From a virus (lineage: Duplodnaviria > Heunggongvirae > Uroviricota > Caudoviricetes): a stretch of 64,000 bases of DNA. A program made the translations under genes and the position numbers. The stretch lies in IMG/VR virus record IMGVR_UViG_2029527006_000005; one strand, given 5' to 3'. The notes beneath the pieces were generated by a model. That model was not told the origin of the DNA. It searched no databases and worked only from the letters and a program-made list of their open reading frames with translations. The stretch's first letter is position 1. Every line of letters begins with the position of its first letter. This document shows positions 30,248 to 40,220 of this stretch, piece by piece.

Positions 30248-30813
30248 AACTTTGGCTCCCCAAGCTGTACGTATAATTCATTGAAGCGTTTATTCTGGTA
30301 ATATTCTATGGTACTCTCCATGCTCTCTATTACACGATCTAATACATTTAAGGACCACACGTGTACAAAAGCAAACCTAGGCATCTTTAATTCATGTAAT
30401 GCGTACATAATACAAAACTCATCGTACAACTTATCATGTATTAAACTCTGCTGAAATAAAAATGATTCCTTATCGTTGAAATCTAATTCATATTTCGTAC
30501 CATCTTCATCATCGATATCCCGCACGAATGCTGTACTATTTGGATTGTAAATTATTACATTGTGCTGATTACCCTTGATAATTTTCTTATCCGAAATGTA
30601 ATTGTAATCCCACATATCCCCCCAAGCGATCTTGTGATCGATAACAGGGTCACTACCCTGATACCACACGCAATCACCCCTATCATGAAAAGCTGATACC
30701 ATCAAAGGACTTCTGCATATTGGTGTATCACATGTGTATGTGTACAACTGCTCCAATAAGGAATCAATCTTGCATATTTTCTGTGCGTACTCTATGTGCC
30801 AATCTTGCATCAA
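30244..30813 (-). CDS. FQ-motif paralogue family protein
   Basis: ESFLFQQSLIH. Confidence 0.7.
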   Translation of the reverse strand: MMQDWHIEYAQKICKIDSLLEQLYTYTCDTPICRSPLMVSAFHDRGDCVWYQGSDPVIDHKIAWGDMWDYNYISDKKIIKGNQHNVIIYNPNSTAFVRDIDDEDGTKYELDFNDKESFLFQQSLIHDKLYDEFCIMYALHELKMPRFAFVHVWSLNVLDRVIESMESTIEYYQNKRFNELYVQLGEPKL

Positions 30814-31366
30814 CTTCCCCTATGAATTCTGCTGTACTGTTCTGTACATATTCTAAAATCTCTAATAAACCCTGTAATGAATATGCATTAAAACGTAATG
30901 TGAAATTGTGCTTGAACTCATTCTCTTTAAGATACAACCAAAATCCTACATCAATTTCTTGTTCTGTGCTTTGTACTAAACTCTGCTGGAATAGCCATTC
31001 CTCGGTCAAATTCTTACGCTCATGGAATGCATGATGTATACGTATTGTATCACCTGTATCAAACGAAAAACGTAAAGCTACTCCTTTCGCCCTGTGAGGT
31101 TCTCCCATAATGAATGAAACACTATTACACAAGGACTTTGCAAGGACTCTACTCTCTTCATCGGTGGGATGATTGAAATATTCTAATGCACCTCTGCTTA
31201 TTGTAAAACATTTTGGTACTTGCATCTTAATATCATTACGCATAGCTTCGCAATTCTTAATTACAAATAATGTGTACGTATCATATAATGTCTTTAAGGC
31301 TTCCATCGCCTGTCCGTACTCGTGTCTCTCGATCATAAATCTTCTCCAAATCAGCAAGAAATACAT
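30764..31366 (-). CDS. FQ-motif paralogue family protein
   Basis: EEWLFQQSLVQ. Confidence 0.7.
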   Translation of the reverse strand: MYFLLIWRRFMIERHEYGQAMEALKTLYDTYTLFVIKNCEAMRNDIKMQVPKCFTISRGALEYFNHPTDEESRVLAKSLCNSVSFIMGEPHRAKGVALRFSFDTGDTIRIHHAFHERKNLTEEWLFQQSLVQSTEQEIDVGFWLYLKENEFKHNFTLRFNAYSLQGLLEILEYVQNSTAEFIGEVDARLAHRVRTENMQD

Positions 31367-31868
31367 CTACATCAAACCATAAATTCTGATGGAAGGTTCC
31401 CAATATCCCAGCATTATGCATAGCGGATACAACGTACTGACAATGTACAACCTCTGGTTTCGCTACGAATTGCAACTGCTCATACATAGCCTCATCCATC
31501 TCTTCTGTACTAAGGATATCATGAACTGAAAAGGTATTGCAAGAACTTTCGTACAAAAAATCCATCGTGTTTTCAATGTTTACACTACAATACGTACAAT
31601 TCTGTACATCTCTGTAATTAGCAAAATTCGTATCGTCTGTTGTACTAATCAATGTGTATGTATTCAAAAGATTCTTTTTGTTATAATACAACATGTGCTC
31701 AAGGTCACCATCTAAATGTAAACTCATCTCGATTTTTATTGTACCACATGAACTAAAATATGTACCCTTACCATCGTAATTTACAATAAATGCTTTGTAC
31801 TTCTCTAACCATTCAAAGCACTTTAGGATTTTATTTGTGTAATTTGTTGTGTACTCAAATGTGTACAT
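31281..31868 (-). CDS. FQ-motif paralogue family protein (YEQ variant)
   Basis: DEAMYEQLQFV. Confidence 0.65.
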   Translation of the reverse strand: MYTFEYTTNYTNKILKCFEWLEKYKAFIVNYDGKGTYFSSCGTIKIEMSLHLDGDLEHMLYYNKKNLLNTYTLISTTDDTNFANYRDVQNCTYCSVNIENTMDFLYESSCNTFSVHDILSTEEMDEAMYEQLQFVAKPEVVHCQYVVSAMHNAGILGTFHQNLWFDVDVFLADLEKIYDRETRVRTGDGSLKDII

Positions 31869-32401
31869 AGCACCTCCTGGAACAACGTAATTAACTCTCT
31901 TGGACTGTGTACTAAATTCTCATAATACACCAACTGCCTCTCTTGACTATCCAAAATACTCATGAGAATAATACAATTCACTACATCTTTAGTGTGTACA
32001 AATTCTAATTGATCATACATCTCTTGGGTTATCTCTGTACTTTTAAGATACTGATAACATGATAACTCTCTGTGCATTATACCTATGTCAAATGTTGTAT
32101 TGCACTTCTGATGGAAATTGTAAAAACGATATCCACCTTCTCCATTGTCAACCCAACTGCCATCAGTAGGATCTAAATTGTAAAAACCAATAGTACAAAT
32201 TTCGTACTGGTCTTTACTTAAACGCCATGCATTACCCTCAACGCCATGTACTAAATTCCGTAACTCAAAACCATTTGTTAAACCAATAGGCTTACCCCAG
32301 CACGAATATGTTCTAGTACTGTAAACTAAATCCATCAATTCAATTATATCTTGTGCATATTGCTTTACTTCTTCAAATGTCTCTAACTCAATTAGTTTCA
32401 T
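31823..32401 (-). CDS. FQ-motif paralogue family protein (YDQ variant)
   Basis: TQEMYDQLEFV. Confidence 0.65.
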   Translation of the reverse strand: MKLIELETFEEVKQYAQDIIELMDLVYSTRTYSCWGKPIGLTNGFELRNLVHGVEGNAWRLSKDQYEICTIGFYNLDPTDGSWVDNGEGGYRFYNFHQKCNTTFDIGIMHRELSCYQYLKSTEITQEMYDQLEFVHTKDVVNCIILMSILDSQERQLVYYENLVHSPRELITLFQEVLCTHLSTQQITQIKS

Positions 32402-32915
32402 ATAAAGCTAATCCTTCATCAATATTAATATATTCTAAATTGACTTTAAATGGCGTAGTACATACCTTCATCAACTCCAAATATAATTCTAATGTATCAT
32501 ATGCATGATTTGGTAGTACTAAACTCTGCTGGAATAATACGTCCTCAGTATAAATGCTAGGATCTTTAATTGTAAATTTCGTTTCATCTGTAAAACCTGA
32601 TATACTTGTAATGTACTCATCTTTTCCACCAGTAGGAGAGAAACAAATAATATCTGTCTTTTCAGTCATCCATCTCTCTTGTGAACAAGTATTCCAATAA
32701 TCACCTGCACAAATAACAAATGCATGATCTTGCATATGACATGATACATTAAGACCATCAGGTGTATCGTACTCATCATGTGCATCATCAAACAATTCTG
32801 AACTATGTCTGTATCCATAATGATCCATGTAAGTACTAGGATCAGCTAGAAAGTACTTCACTAATTTTGCTAACTTCCTAGCTAAGATGGTAGTTTCTGA
32901 TTCCGTATTTTTCAT
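32388..32915 (-). CDS. FQ-motif paralogue family protein
   Basis: EDVLFQQSLVL. Confidence 0.7.
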   Translation of the reverse strand: MKNTESETTILARKLAKLVKYFLADPSTYMDHYGYRHSSELFDDAHDEYDTPDGLNVSCHMQDHAFVICAGDYWNTCSQERWMTEKTDIICFSPTGGKDEYITSISGFTDETKFTIKDPSIYTEDVLFQQSLVLPNHAYDTLELYLELMKVCTTPFKVNLEYINIDEGLALYETN

Positions 32916-33462
32916 CTAATACCTCATATAATTCTTCTATCTTAGGACTGAACCACACCCTAAAAGATGTATCGTATTCTTTAAAGTACTGTACAAATTG
33001 TACTACATTTAAAATAGTATCGCTATACACAGTACTGAATTGGAATTCTTCATCTTCATTGAGTAGGTTGTGTTGTAATGTACTAACTGTCTGACCTTCA
33101 CCATCAACCTCAATATCTACTTCATCTGCCCTCTTATGATTGATGTAGATAAAATCAGTATAGTAATCATCATTGTAAAAAGTTGGTGGTGCACTAACTC
33201 TTTCATGTGTATTCTCTAGACAGAACATGTATTGATCTTTCTGTATCTCAAGTTCATTAGTACTAACAAGATACATCTCTTGATTGTTCTCATGAACATG
33301 CATAGAAAAGTCTTTGTTAATGTAATAAATTTCATAATGCTGATAGATAGATATGCATTTCATCTTGTGCTTATCTTGCATAAAACTCTTCATGAAAGCA
33401 ATTACATTTTCTACCTTAAGACATAACTCTTTGTTAGTCCACTTTGACTTGTAATAGTTCAT
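32878..33462 (-). CDS. FQ-motif paralogue family protein
   Basis: EDEEFQFSTVY. Confidence 0.7.
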   Translation of the reverse strand: MNYYKSKWTNKELCLKVENVIAFMKSFMQDKHKMKCISIYQHYEIYYINKDFSMHVHENNQEMYLVSTNELEIQKDQYMFCLENTHERVSAPPTFYNDDYYTDFIYINHKRADEVDIEVDGEGQTVSTLQHNLLNEDEEFQFSTVYSDTILNVVQFVQYFKEYDTSFRVWFSPKIEELYEVLDEKYGIRNYHLS

Positions 33463-33978
33463 CTATTCTCCTACTAAGTCTCTGTCCTTGGGGAATGTTA
33501 AAGCATGTTTACATTCAGCCATAATCGTTGGTAATAATTCAATATTGTACTCTAAGCGTGTTATACCATATAACTCATCTTTCCTACTTCTGATATATGA
33601 AAGAGTTAACAAGTCCCTATTAAGTACTGGTGTGTACAAAAGAGAGTACTGGAAGTGTTCAGCTTCAGAATGAAGATCATCGTATAACTCAATACCAGTA
33701 CATCCATCATCATAATCAAGATGATAAAATTCTGATTGGTCCAAAAACATAACCACACGTTGTCCAGTGTTGTAAGACATTTGTAAATCTATAGGTCTAG
33801 TACTGTAAGCAAATATACGGGTACGTTCATCACTATTATAATAGAAAAAAGATTTACCAGAATCATCTGCATGGAGAGTACTACTAATATAAGGATTACT
33901 ATTAGCTATTCCTAGATAGAACCATTTGATCATCTTGAAGATATCTTGAGCGTACTTTAAATCTTCATCGTAAGTCAT
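33463..33978 (-). CDS. FQ-motif paralogue family protein
   Basis: EAEHFQYSLLY; N-terminal DLKYAQDI. Confidence 0.7.
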   Translation of the reverse strand: MTYDEDLKYAQDIFKMIKWFYLGIANSNPYISSTLHADDSGKSFFYYNSDERTRIFAYSTRPIDLQMSYNTGQRVVMFLDQSEFYHLDYDDGCTGIELYDDLHSEAEHFQYSLLYTPVLNRDLLTLSYIRSRKDELYGITRLEYNIELLPTIMAECKHALTFPKDRDLVGE

Positions 33979-34445
33979 AGTTTAACCTCATCTAGTCTTT
34001 TAAGTACTTCATCAATAAATTCTGTATGTACACTGAAGTACTTGTATGGGGCCATTGGAACCGAATTAAGTGTCTTAACAATGACAGCAGCTTTCAATAC
34101 TTCATCTTGTAGTAATAGTTGTCGTTGGAAGTACCAACCTTCATCGATTGGATCATCGCTGACTTCATAGGTGTTGGGATTGTACATTACCTTGAAGTAT
34201 TTTGTGTGCGGTGCATAGATTATCCGTGAAGATCCAATAAAGGTTGAACCTTCGTCTTCACGTTCTTCTAAGTATGAGAATACAGGATTAAACCCATCAC
34301 CTAATTGTATAGTGTATTCATTACAATCTTTATTCATTTTGAAGTTTTGAATGCCACGTGCTTTTAAAAGGTCACCTGATATTAGTGCTTCACGGATGCG
34401 TAGAACCTTGTTTGCGTATTCTAAATCTTCTTCATATTGAGTCAT
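33975..34445 (-). CDS. FQ-motif paralogue family protein
   Basis: DEGWYFQRQLL; N-terminal DLEYANKVLRIREALISG. Confidence 0.7.
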   Translation of the reverse strand: MTQYEEDLEYANKVLRIREALISGDLLKARGIQNFKMNKDCNEYTIQLGDGFNPVFSYLEEREDEGSTFIGSSRIIYAPHTKYFKVMYNPNTYEVSDDPIDEGWYFQRQLLLQDEVLKAAVIVKTLNSVPMAPYKYFSVHTEFIDEVLKRLDEVKL

Positions 34446-34926
34446 CAGTGCCGTCCAGTTTAGCTAATAGAATGGGAACATAGCACCAGAAGAGTTTGAA
34501 GCGATTAAACTTTGGCATTGCTTCTGTGTGCAAATGGTTCATCACAGTCTTGGACCGAACCTGTTCCAAAGAGTACAGCATCGTGTCTTGGAAGTGTTGA
34601 GCTTCATCGTATCCGGGGAGTAAATGATAGACGCAATGCTGTTTATCAAATACCGTTGTATCTACAACCCTAGAAAGGCTAGTGATGTGAACAAGTGATT
34701 TATCAGTAATAATAGAACCAGTATTTTCATAATCATCTTTCTGGGTAATGTCACCAATCACCCTGCGAGCACCATCTTTGAAAATATGGAATATCCTTCC
34801 CTTCCCGTAGATAGAGTTAGTTAATCCGTAATGCACACCGTGACCTTCATTAAGTTCCCCGGATAGTAATGCATTACGTATACGCATTATATCTTTTGCA
34901 TATTGTAAGTCATCGTGGTAGCTCAT
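34432..34926 (-). CDS. FQ-motif paralogue family protein
   Basis: DEAQHFQDTMLYS; N-terminal DLQYAKDIMRIRNALLSG. Confidence 0.7.
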   Translation of the reverse strand: MSYHDDLQYAKDIMRIRNALLSGELNEGHGVHYGLTNSIYGKGRIFHIFKDGARRVIGDITQKDDYENTGSIITDKSLVHITSLSRVVDTTVFDKQHCVYHLLPGYDEAQHFQDTMLYSLEQVRSKTVMNHLHTEAMPKFNRFKLFWCYVPILLAKLDGTDDSI

Positions 34927-35450
34927 TCAATTTCTCCCAAGAGTTTACGCATGTTTTGTGCGTTCCTGAAGTATAGCTTGAAGTTATTGTATTTCTCCAT
35001 TGGGTTCGCGTATAAGAGATTGGCAACCACAATGAAATGCAATTGTCTATCAGAGTACAACAAACTGTCTTGGAAGTATTGCCCCTCGTCGTAATTCGGG
35101 TTTAGCTTGAATGAACGAGTGCCATCCACCGTAAGTATACCATCTGCTGAATCTTGATGGAAATCAATCGTTTTAGAAGTAATTAATGTTCCAAGTTTGT
35201 TTTCTGATTTGTAATGCAAATGTCCCAATGTATATGGCCTTTGACCGAACTCAGTATAGAACCGTTTACCTTTAATAGTATTGAATTGTGTGCGATCCAT
35301 ATCAATCTTACAAGTAACCTTTTGGGCTTGACCAATGGAACCATCAATTAAACCATCCCTAAGACGAAGAATATATTGTGCATATTTTAAAGATTCAAGA
35401 TATTTGTCCATTGTTCCCCCAGAATTTATGTCCAATAAGTATAGCACCAA
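34923..35450 (-). CDS. FQ-motif paralogue family protein
   Basis: DEGQYFQDSLLYS; N-terminal LKYAQYILRLRDGLIDG. Confidence 0.7.
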   Translation of the reverse strand: MVLYLLDINSGGTMDKYLESLKYAQYILRLRDGLIDGSIGQAQKVTCKIDMDRTQFNTIKGKRFYTEFGQRPYTLGHLHYKSENKLGTLITSKTIDFHQDSADGILTVDGTRSFKLNPNYDEGQYFQDSLLYSDRQLHFIVVANLLYANPMEKYNNFKLYFRNAQNMRKLLGEIE

Positions 35451-35638
35451 AAAACCAATATGTCAAATACACATATCAGTTTTTTAAGGTGGCTAAGGCT
35501 GACTGGCCTTAACTAAGCAAAAAAATTTTGCATAGTCCATAAAACTTTTTTATAGAAAAGTCTAACAGTTACCTACTCAAATTATAACTAACGTAATTAT
35601 TTTTCGAATGAGATAAAATTTGACTTAGTACTAAATCC

Positions 35639-35845
35639 TTATTCCACAAATACAGTACACCCTGTGCCGCCATAGTCTACGTGGGCGAACTGCCCTACCT
35701 GCCGCTTGGCTAGCCTACCTGCTAGCTGGCGTACAGTCTTAGCACTGATAGGTAACTGCTTAAGTACTAAAGCCGTAGCCTCATCAATGCTATCCACGCT
35801 GCCTACAGTGCATCCTAAGCAGCCCTCTACTCTATATGTTGTCAT
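35639..35845 (-). CDS. hypothetical early protein
   Basis: GGAGG RBS before MTTYRV. Confidence 0.7.
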   Translation of the reverse strand: MTTYRVEGCLGCTVGSVDSIDEATALVLKQLPISAKTVRQLAGRLAKRQVGQFAHVDYGGTGCTVFVE

Positions 35846-35908
35846 GGTATTACCTCCAATAGATAAAGCCACCAGCGTTATGCTAGTGGCCTTACGTTTG
35901 ATTATGTA

Positions 35909-36307
35909 TTAGAACTTGAATGCTTTTGCTGCTGCGTTACGCAGTGCAATCTCATTCAGTACTTTGCCTAACTGCTCGGCGTTGATGATGCCCTTCTCCA
36001 TTGCCTCACGCACGTCACCGTGGAAGGAACCGAAGCCCACGCGAGAGATACGGATCTGGTCAAGGCCAGTAATGTAAAGCCCTGCGATTTTCTCTGACGT
36101 GAATACAGCATCTACGCTATACTCTATGTTGCCGTCGTTGACGTTCTCAATGCTGACGGTTTGATTAGTAGCCCACGCCATACACTCACAGATAGTGCGG
36201 GTGGCTCCCGGAGATACGGTTTGATTGTCCATCGCGTATCGCAGAGCGTCGATGCCGAAAGTGTTAGCTACTGCAACAACATCAGAGAAATGATTTAATG
36301 TGAACAT
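35909..36307 (-). CDS. hypothetical early protein
   Basis: AGGAG RBS before MFTLNH; preceded by a promoter-stem-loop cassette. Confidence 0.75.
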   Translation of the reverse strand: MFTLNHFSDVVAVANTFGIDALRYAMDNQTVSPGATRTICECMAWATNQTVSIENVNDGNIEYSVDAVFTSEKIAGLYITGLDQIRISRVGFGSFHGDVREAMEKGIINAEQLGKVLNEIALRNAAAKAFKF

Positions 36308-36484
36308 GGTGTATCTCCTAGAGACCGGAGGGAGAACCATTTCCCCCTCTCGATGTAAAACATTATACAGGAACGGATGTACTATGCAAGTACTTTCTAC
36401 AATCTTTTTAAAAGAATTTAGTACTTAAAAGCTATAGACGGATCTCTGCACCCTGTGGGTTACGGCTTATCTGCCAATGACCTT

Positions 36485-36513
36485 AGTATAGGCCACCAGC
36501 AGATTATAGTCAA
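36485..36513 (-). promoter_or_regulatory. sigma70 promoter with a Chi site in its spacer
   Basis: TTGACT-17-TATACT; GCTGGTGG at 36493-36500. Confidence 0.75.
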
Positions 36514-36776
36514 GAGGCTTTTGGTAATTTCTTCAGTACTTTTTTCAGTACTGCCAGATCATCACCTTTGTGTAATACCTTGCCACCGAGATCATTTAGC
36601 TGGTATGATCCATCCACGAAGTAGCGGAGGAAGTAATCAGGCTCACAGTTATTCTCTTCATCTGTGTTATGATAGATTGCGAAGTACTCAAGTACTTCAT
36701 CTTCATCATTCACATCATTCCAATCGTCAACGTTGCCGATACCAAAGATTCGATTAAGAGCAATAGATAATTTCAT
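36510..36776 (-). CDS. hypothetical acidic early protein
   Basis: AGGAG RBS before MKLSIA. Confidence 0.7.
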   Translation of the reverse strand: MKLSIALNRIFGIGNVDDWNDVNDEDEVLEYFAIYHNTDEENNCEPDYFLRYFVDGSYQLNDLGGKVLHKGDDLAVLKKVLKKLPKAS

Positions 36777-36845
36777 TTTGTATCTCCTGTTTAAGTACTG
36801 ATATAATAGCAAAAGGGATGACTCTCGTCAACCCTTTATTTTGTG

Positions 36846-37013
36846 TTACAGTCTGGTTACTTTCACCTCGTAGCCGTGTGCGGTGAAGTACTGAGTGTCA
36901 TCTGTGTGCATCGCTAACAGGTCATCAATGCTCACTCCGTAGTGCTCGTGTACATCACCTGCGGTCAATCGAGCGTTGTCAACCATGAAGAACTGAGTAC
37001 GATACTTAGACAT
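36846..37013 (-). CDS. small hypothetical protein (not in ORF track)
   Basis: 55 aa MSKYRTQFF... directly behind a cassette RBS. Confidence 0.65.
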   Translation of the reverse strand: MSKYRTQFFMVDNARLTAGDVHEHYGVSIDDLLAMHTDDTQYFTAHGYEVKVTRL

Positions 37014-37142
37014 AATGTTTTCCTTAATTTAGGGGAGAACCATTTCTCTCCCTATGCAAAACATTATACAGTATCTGGGGGAGTATGCAAGTACTTTTAT
37101 CAATTATTTTTGCTCTTGACAAAGTACTTGCATTGCTATATA

Positions 37143-37676
37143 TTAGCAATCCATTTCACGCCAGCTAGCTGGTACATCGTAAGTTTCTACATCGCCACCA
37201 GCACTATCCAAATCACCAGCGTTCGGGCAGCAAGGGGAGCATAAGAAGTACTTCCCTACAGTCTTGCTATCCATCACACAGATTGTATTGTTATCAGTGT
37301 TATAGATAACAGTAGTGTCATCGATTGTTGCTACGTGGATATCACCTGTAAACTCTTCGTACTGGCGATCATGTTCTTCCACCAGTTCAGTGAGATCATT
37401 ACCTTCCTCATCTTGCAGATTGTTAAGGAAGTCAAGCATTACATCTTGAATGCGAGCGAGGTAAGTACTGAATAATTCATTCTCTTCCTGCTCAGGAGTA
37501 ACGAAACCATGTTTTGCCGCAAACTCGATATCACATTCTAATCTGCGTGAATCGATGCCATTACAGAAGATATCATGCAGTACATCACCGTTTACGTTGT
37601 TCGCGTTGATATAGCCGTAAGCGATACCAGTAACAGGGTTAACGTTGATCATATCTCGTACATTGTTGTGAATCAT
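37143..37676 (-). CDS. hypothetical early protein
   Basis: NPVTGIAYGYI...CSPCCPNAGDLD; behind a cassette RBS. Confidence 0.75.
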   Translation of the reverse strand: MIHNNVRDMINVNPVTGIAYGYINANNVNGDVLHDIFCNGIDSRRLECDIEFAAKHGFVTPEQEENELFSTYLARIQDVMLDFLNNLQDEEGNDLTELVEEHDRQYEEFTGDIHVATIDDTTVIYNTDNNTICVMDSKTVGKYFLCSPCCPNAGDLDSAGGDVETYDVPASWREMDC

Positions 37677-37908
37677 GATTTCATTCCTTAACTTGGAGAG
37701 AAGAACCATTTCCCCTCTCGATGTAAAACATTATACGATGTTTGGGAGTAGTATTCAAGTACTTTTTGAAATTTATTTTATCCGTATTTGATTTAGTACT
37801 TCGATGAAAAAATATACAATCCTTAAACGGTTTTGTGCACCCTGTGGGTTAGCTTGTTTCCGTAAACATATAATAGCAAAAAGGGCCGACCGAAGTCAAC
37901 CCTTTCTT

Positions 37909-38082
37909 TTAAATAATTTCAACGCGATCACTAACACCTTTGGCGTGTGCTTTCAGTACTTCATTGCGTTGCCAATTGTCAAGAGACTTAAGCTCTTTGT
38001 ATTCGTTGTCGGTCCACTGGCGATCTGTGTTACCGATCTCGTACCACTTTTGTTTGAGTGCGTCCAGTTCTACGTGTACCAT
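37909..38082 (-). CDS. small hypothetical protein (not in ORF track)
   Basis: 57 aa MVHVELDALKQKW..., GAGGG RBS, own promoter. Confidence 0.6.
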   Translation of the reverse strand: MVHVELDALKQKWYEIGNTDRQWTDNEYKELKSLDNWQRNEVLKAHAKGVSDRVEII

Positions 38083-38303
38083 GTTGTAACCCTCTCTGTT
38101 AAGATGTATACATTATATGATAGTGCACCAGCAATGTCAAGGAATATTCAAATATTGTTTCATTTGATTCCAGTACTGAATTGTGCTAGGATCATTAATT
38201 GCATTTCCTACGTATAGCACTGTTAGTACTAATAAGATTAAGCCGGGTAGTCTCATGATTATTCCTAAGCAAAAGGGCTGACATATGTCAACCCTTATTT
38301 GTT

Positions 38304-38519
38304 TTATTCGATACCGCCATCAGTAGGCCAGTGATCGCGAATGAATTGCAAGCTGTTTGGTGTGAAGTTCTTCACCAGTGCTACCCTGTGTGCTTCAGCC
38401 AGTTCTTTAGTACTGAAGTCTGCACCGGGTTGATAGTGCTGGTTATTCATCGCGTAGTCCAAGTATACTACATCGTATGGCTTGGAGTTGGTATCGGACC
38501 ATTTGCGAACTTTAAACAT
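38304..38519 (-). CDS. hypothetical protein, tandem paralogue of 38574..38828
   Basis: both begin MFKVRKWS-x5-PYDVV and share YQP...F.RxxWP. Confidence 0.75.
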   Translation of the reverse strand: MFKVRKWSDTNSKPYDVVYLDYAMNNQHYQPGADFSTKELAEAHRVALVKNFTPNSLQFIRDHWPTDGGIE

Positions 38520-38573
38520 TTTGCTTTCCTTCTTGAGTTGATGGATTCATTATATACCCACCAGCTAAGAGAG

Positions 38574-38828
38574 TCAATCTTTTTTCTTTGGTTTCTTATC
38601 TTTTTCTTTTGGTTCTTCTTTGGGTTCTTCGGGCCAGTTCTCTCTAACAAACTCAAATGATCCAGTACTATATGATGCTCTGTCAAGTGTTATCTTGTAA
38701 CGCTCGGCATCTGTTTTAGTTCTGAATGTAATATGTGGTTGATAGTATACCTTCTTTAATGCAAAATCTATAAACACCACATCATAAGGTAATGCGTTGC
38801 TGGTGGACCACTTACGGACTTTAAACAT
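38574..38828 (-). CDS. hypothetical protein, tandem paralogue of 38304..38519
   Basis: shared motifs with partner; Lys/Glu-rich tail. Confidence 0.75.
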   Translation of the reverse strand: MFKVRKWSTSNALPYDVVFIDFALKKVYYQPHITFRTKTDAERYKITLDRASYSTGSFEFVRENWPEEPKEEPKEKDKKPKKKD

Positions 38829-38889
38829 AGTTACTTCCTCTTAGTTGATAGGATAATTAGCACCCTATCAACTATTTAAGAAGTACACT

Positions 38890-39477
38890 CTAAATGCAGA
38901 GCTTTTCGCGGTTCTTTAGTTTGCCCGACGCAAGACCATTCCAGATGTTAGTACTGAATCCGTAATCTAACATCTTCACTACACCACTACGAGACACGCC
39001 CATGTTACGTGGTGATATGTCTGCGAAGTTGTTCGTAAATGCGTTGTCGTCCGTGTTGCTCACGTCTTTGTATAGACGGCGTTCAACGTTACTACGTGCT
39101 GTACGCGAGGTACGCCACAACCGCATAGAGTAGCTATTGAATAGATTTTTGTTTGATAGTTTGTCAAGTCTTTCCATCACAATAAAGAAATCTTTCCAGT
39201 GACATGCTTCGATCAGTACTTTAGCAAAGGAACGTTTCATACCAGTGAATGAGTAATCAACCAAATTCCATACACGGATTTCGTTTTCGTTTTGCTTGAC
39301 ACCAGTCCCGCCTTTGGCTACCTTCACCACCAGCGTATCACTTAATGCAAACACTTCGCGGCTACTACCTGCACCCAATCGAGTCAAGTTCTCTTTGCAG
39401 TACTTAAGCATCTCAGTATTAGTGCTCAGGTGACCTAGTTCGTGTAAGTGTAGTTTAGCTGCTTTGGTGAGGTACAT
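38890..39477 (-). CDS. protein kinase-like (Hanks/APH superfamily) protein
   Basis: LGAGSSREVF, VVKVAK, QNENE, IVMERL, DISPRNMG, MLDYG; start set at MYLTK with AGGAG RBS. Confidence 0.8.
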   Translation of the reverse strand: MYLTKAAKLHLHELGHLSTNTEMLKYCKENLTRLGAGSSREVFALSDTLVVKVAKGGTGVKQNENEIRVWNLVDYSFTGMKRSFAKVLIEACHWKDFFIVMERLDKLSNKNLFNSYSMRLWRTSRTARSNVERRLYKDVSNTDDNAFTNNFADISPRNMGVSRSGVVKMLDYGFSTNIWNGLASGKLKNREKLCI

Positions 39478-39544
39478 AGTATTACTCCTTCGTTTCGATA
39501 TAGATATAATAGCAAAAGGGCTGACATGTGTCAACCCTTTTTTA

Positions 39545-39823
39545 TTAATGCGTTCTAAATGCTTTGTCTGCTGACGGTGGAATATCACCCTTGCGTACAC
39601 CAAACGTATGTAGTGGTGCTTTCTGGTTCTTTGTGCTATACACTTTACCAGTACTTTGTGCAATATTCATCATGTATTGTCCATCTTGTGAAACGAATAT
39701 ACGATGGTCATCAGTACTGAATTTTGGAACAAACTGGAAACCTTGAGATTTCAATGTTTGTGGTAGCTGATCCAGTTGAATAGTAGACCACTGCTTTACA
39801 GTGTCTAAGTCTGTGCGTATCAT
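39545..39823 (-). CDS. hypothetical early protein
   Basis: AGGAG RBS. Confidence 0.65.
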   Translation of the reverse strand: MIRTDLDTVKQWSTIQLDQLPQTLKSQGFQFVPKFSTDDHRIFVSQDGQYMMNIAQSTGKVYSTKNQKAPLHTFGVRKGDIPPSADKAFRTH

Positions 39824-39992
39824 AATGATCTCCTTGTAATGTTACAAGGTTATTTATTGATACGGCAAACCTCCGCTAAATCTTCGATGCTGGCCCCTTG
39901 CTCGTGCAGGTTGACAAGATCAAAGATATGATCATTGCAGTACTGGACCGCTGCTTTATCACCTCTGATTAGAGCAATTATTTGCTGGTAAA

Positions 39993-40208
39993 TCATTTAC
40001 GTAAACACCCCATGATAATGCCCTGTAATAACTGACGCTTAACCGGATGATTGGCTACTGTTGCTTTGATGCGATTAGCTTCACGTAGTATACCATCACA
40101 CTGTTCCTTTGTCAATTTATCGATGACTAGTTGCGTGTTAGTACTTTGTACTGTACCCTCTTGCATTTTGAATCGGATACCGTTTAAAATTAATGAATGA
40201 GTTGGCAT
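39993..40208 (-). CDS. hypothetical early protein
   Basis: GGAG RBS. Confidence 0.65.
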   Translation of the reverse strand: MPTHSLILNGIRFKMQEGTVQSTNTQLVIDKLTKEQCDGILREANRIKATVANHPVKRQLLQGIIMGCLRK

Positions 40209-40220
40209 GGTAATCTCCCT

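Noticed and set aside
1519-33673. Numerous plus-strand ORFs of 60-130 aa in the left zone
   Set aside because: They lie antisense to well-packed minus-strand genes, lack an RBS and read like shadow frames
6453-35450. Diversity-generating retroelement as the source of paralogue diversity
   Set aside because: No reverse transcriptase and no template/variable repeat pair with adenine-specific differences is visible in this window
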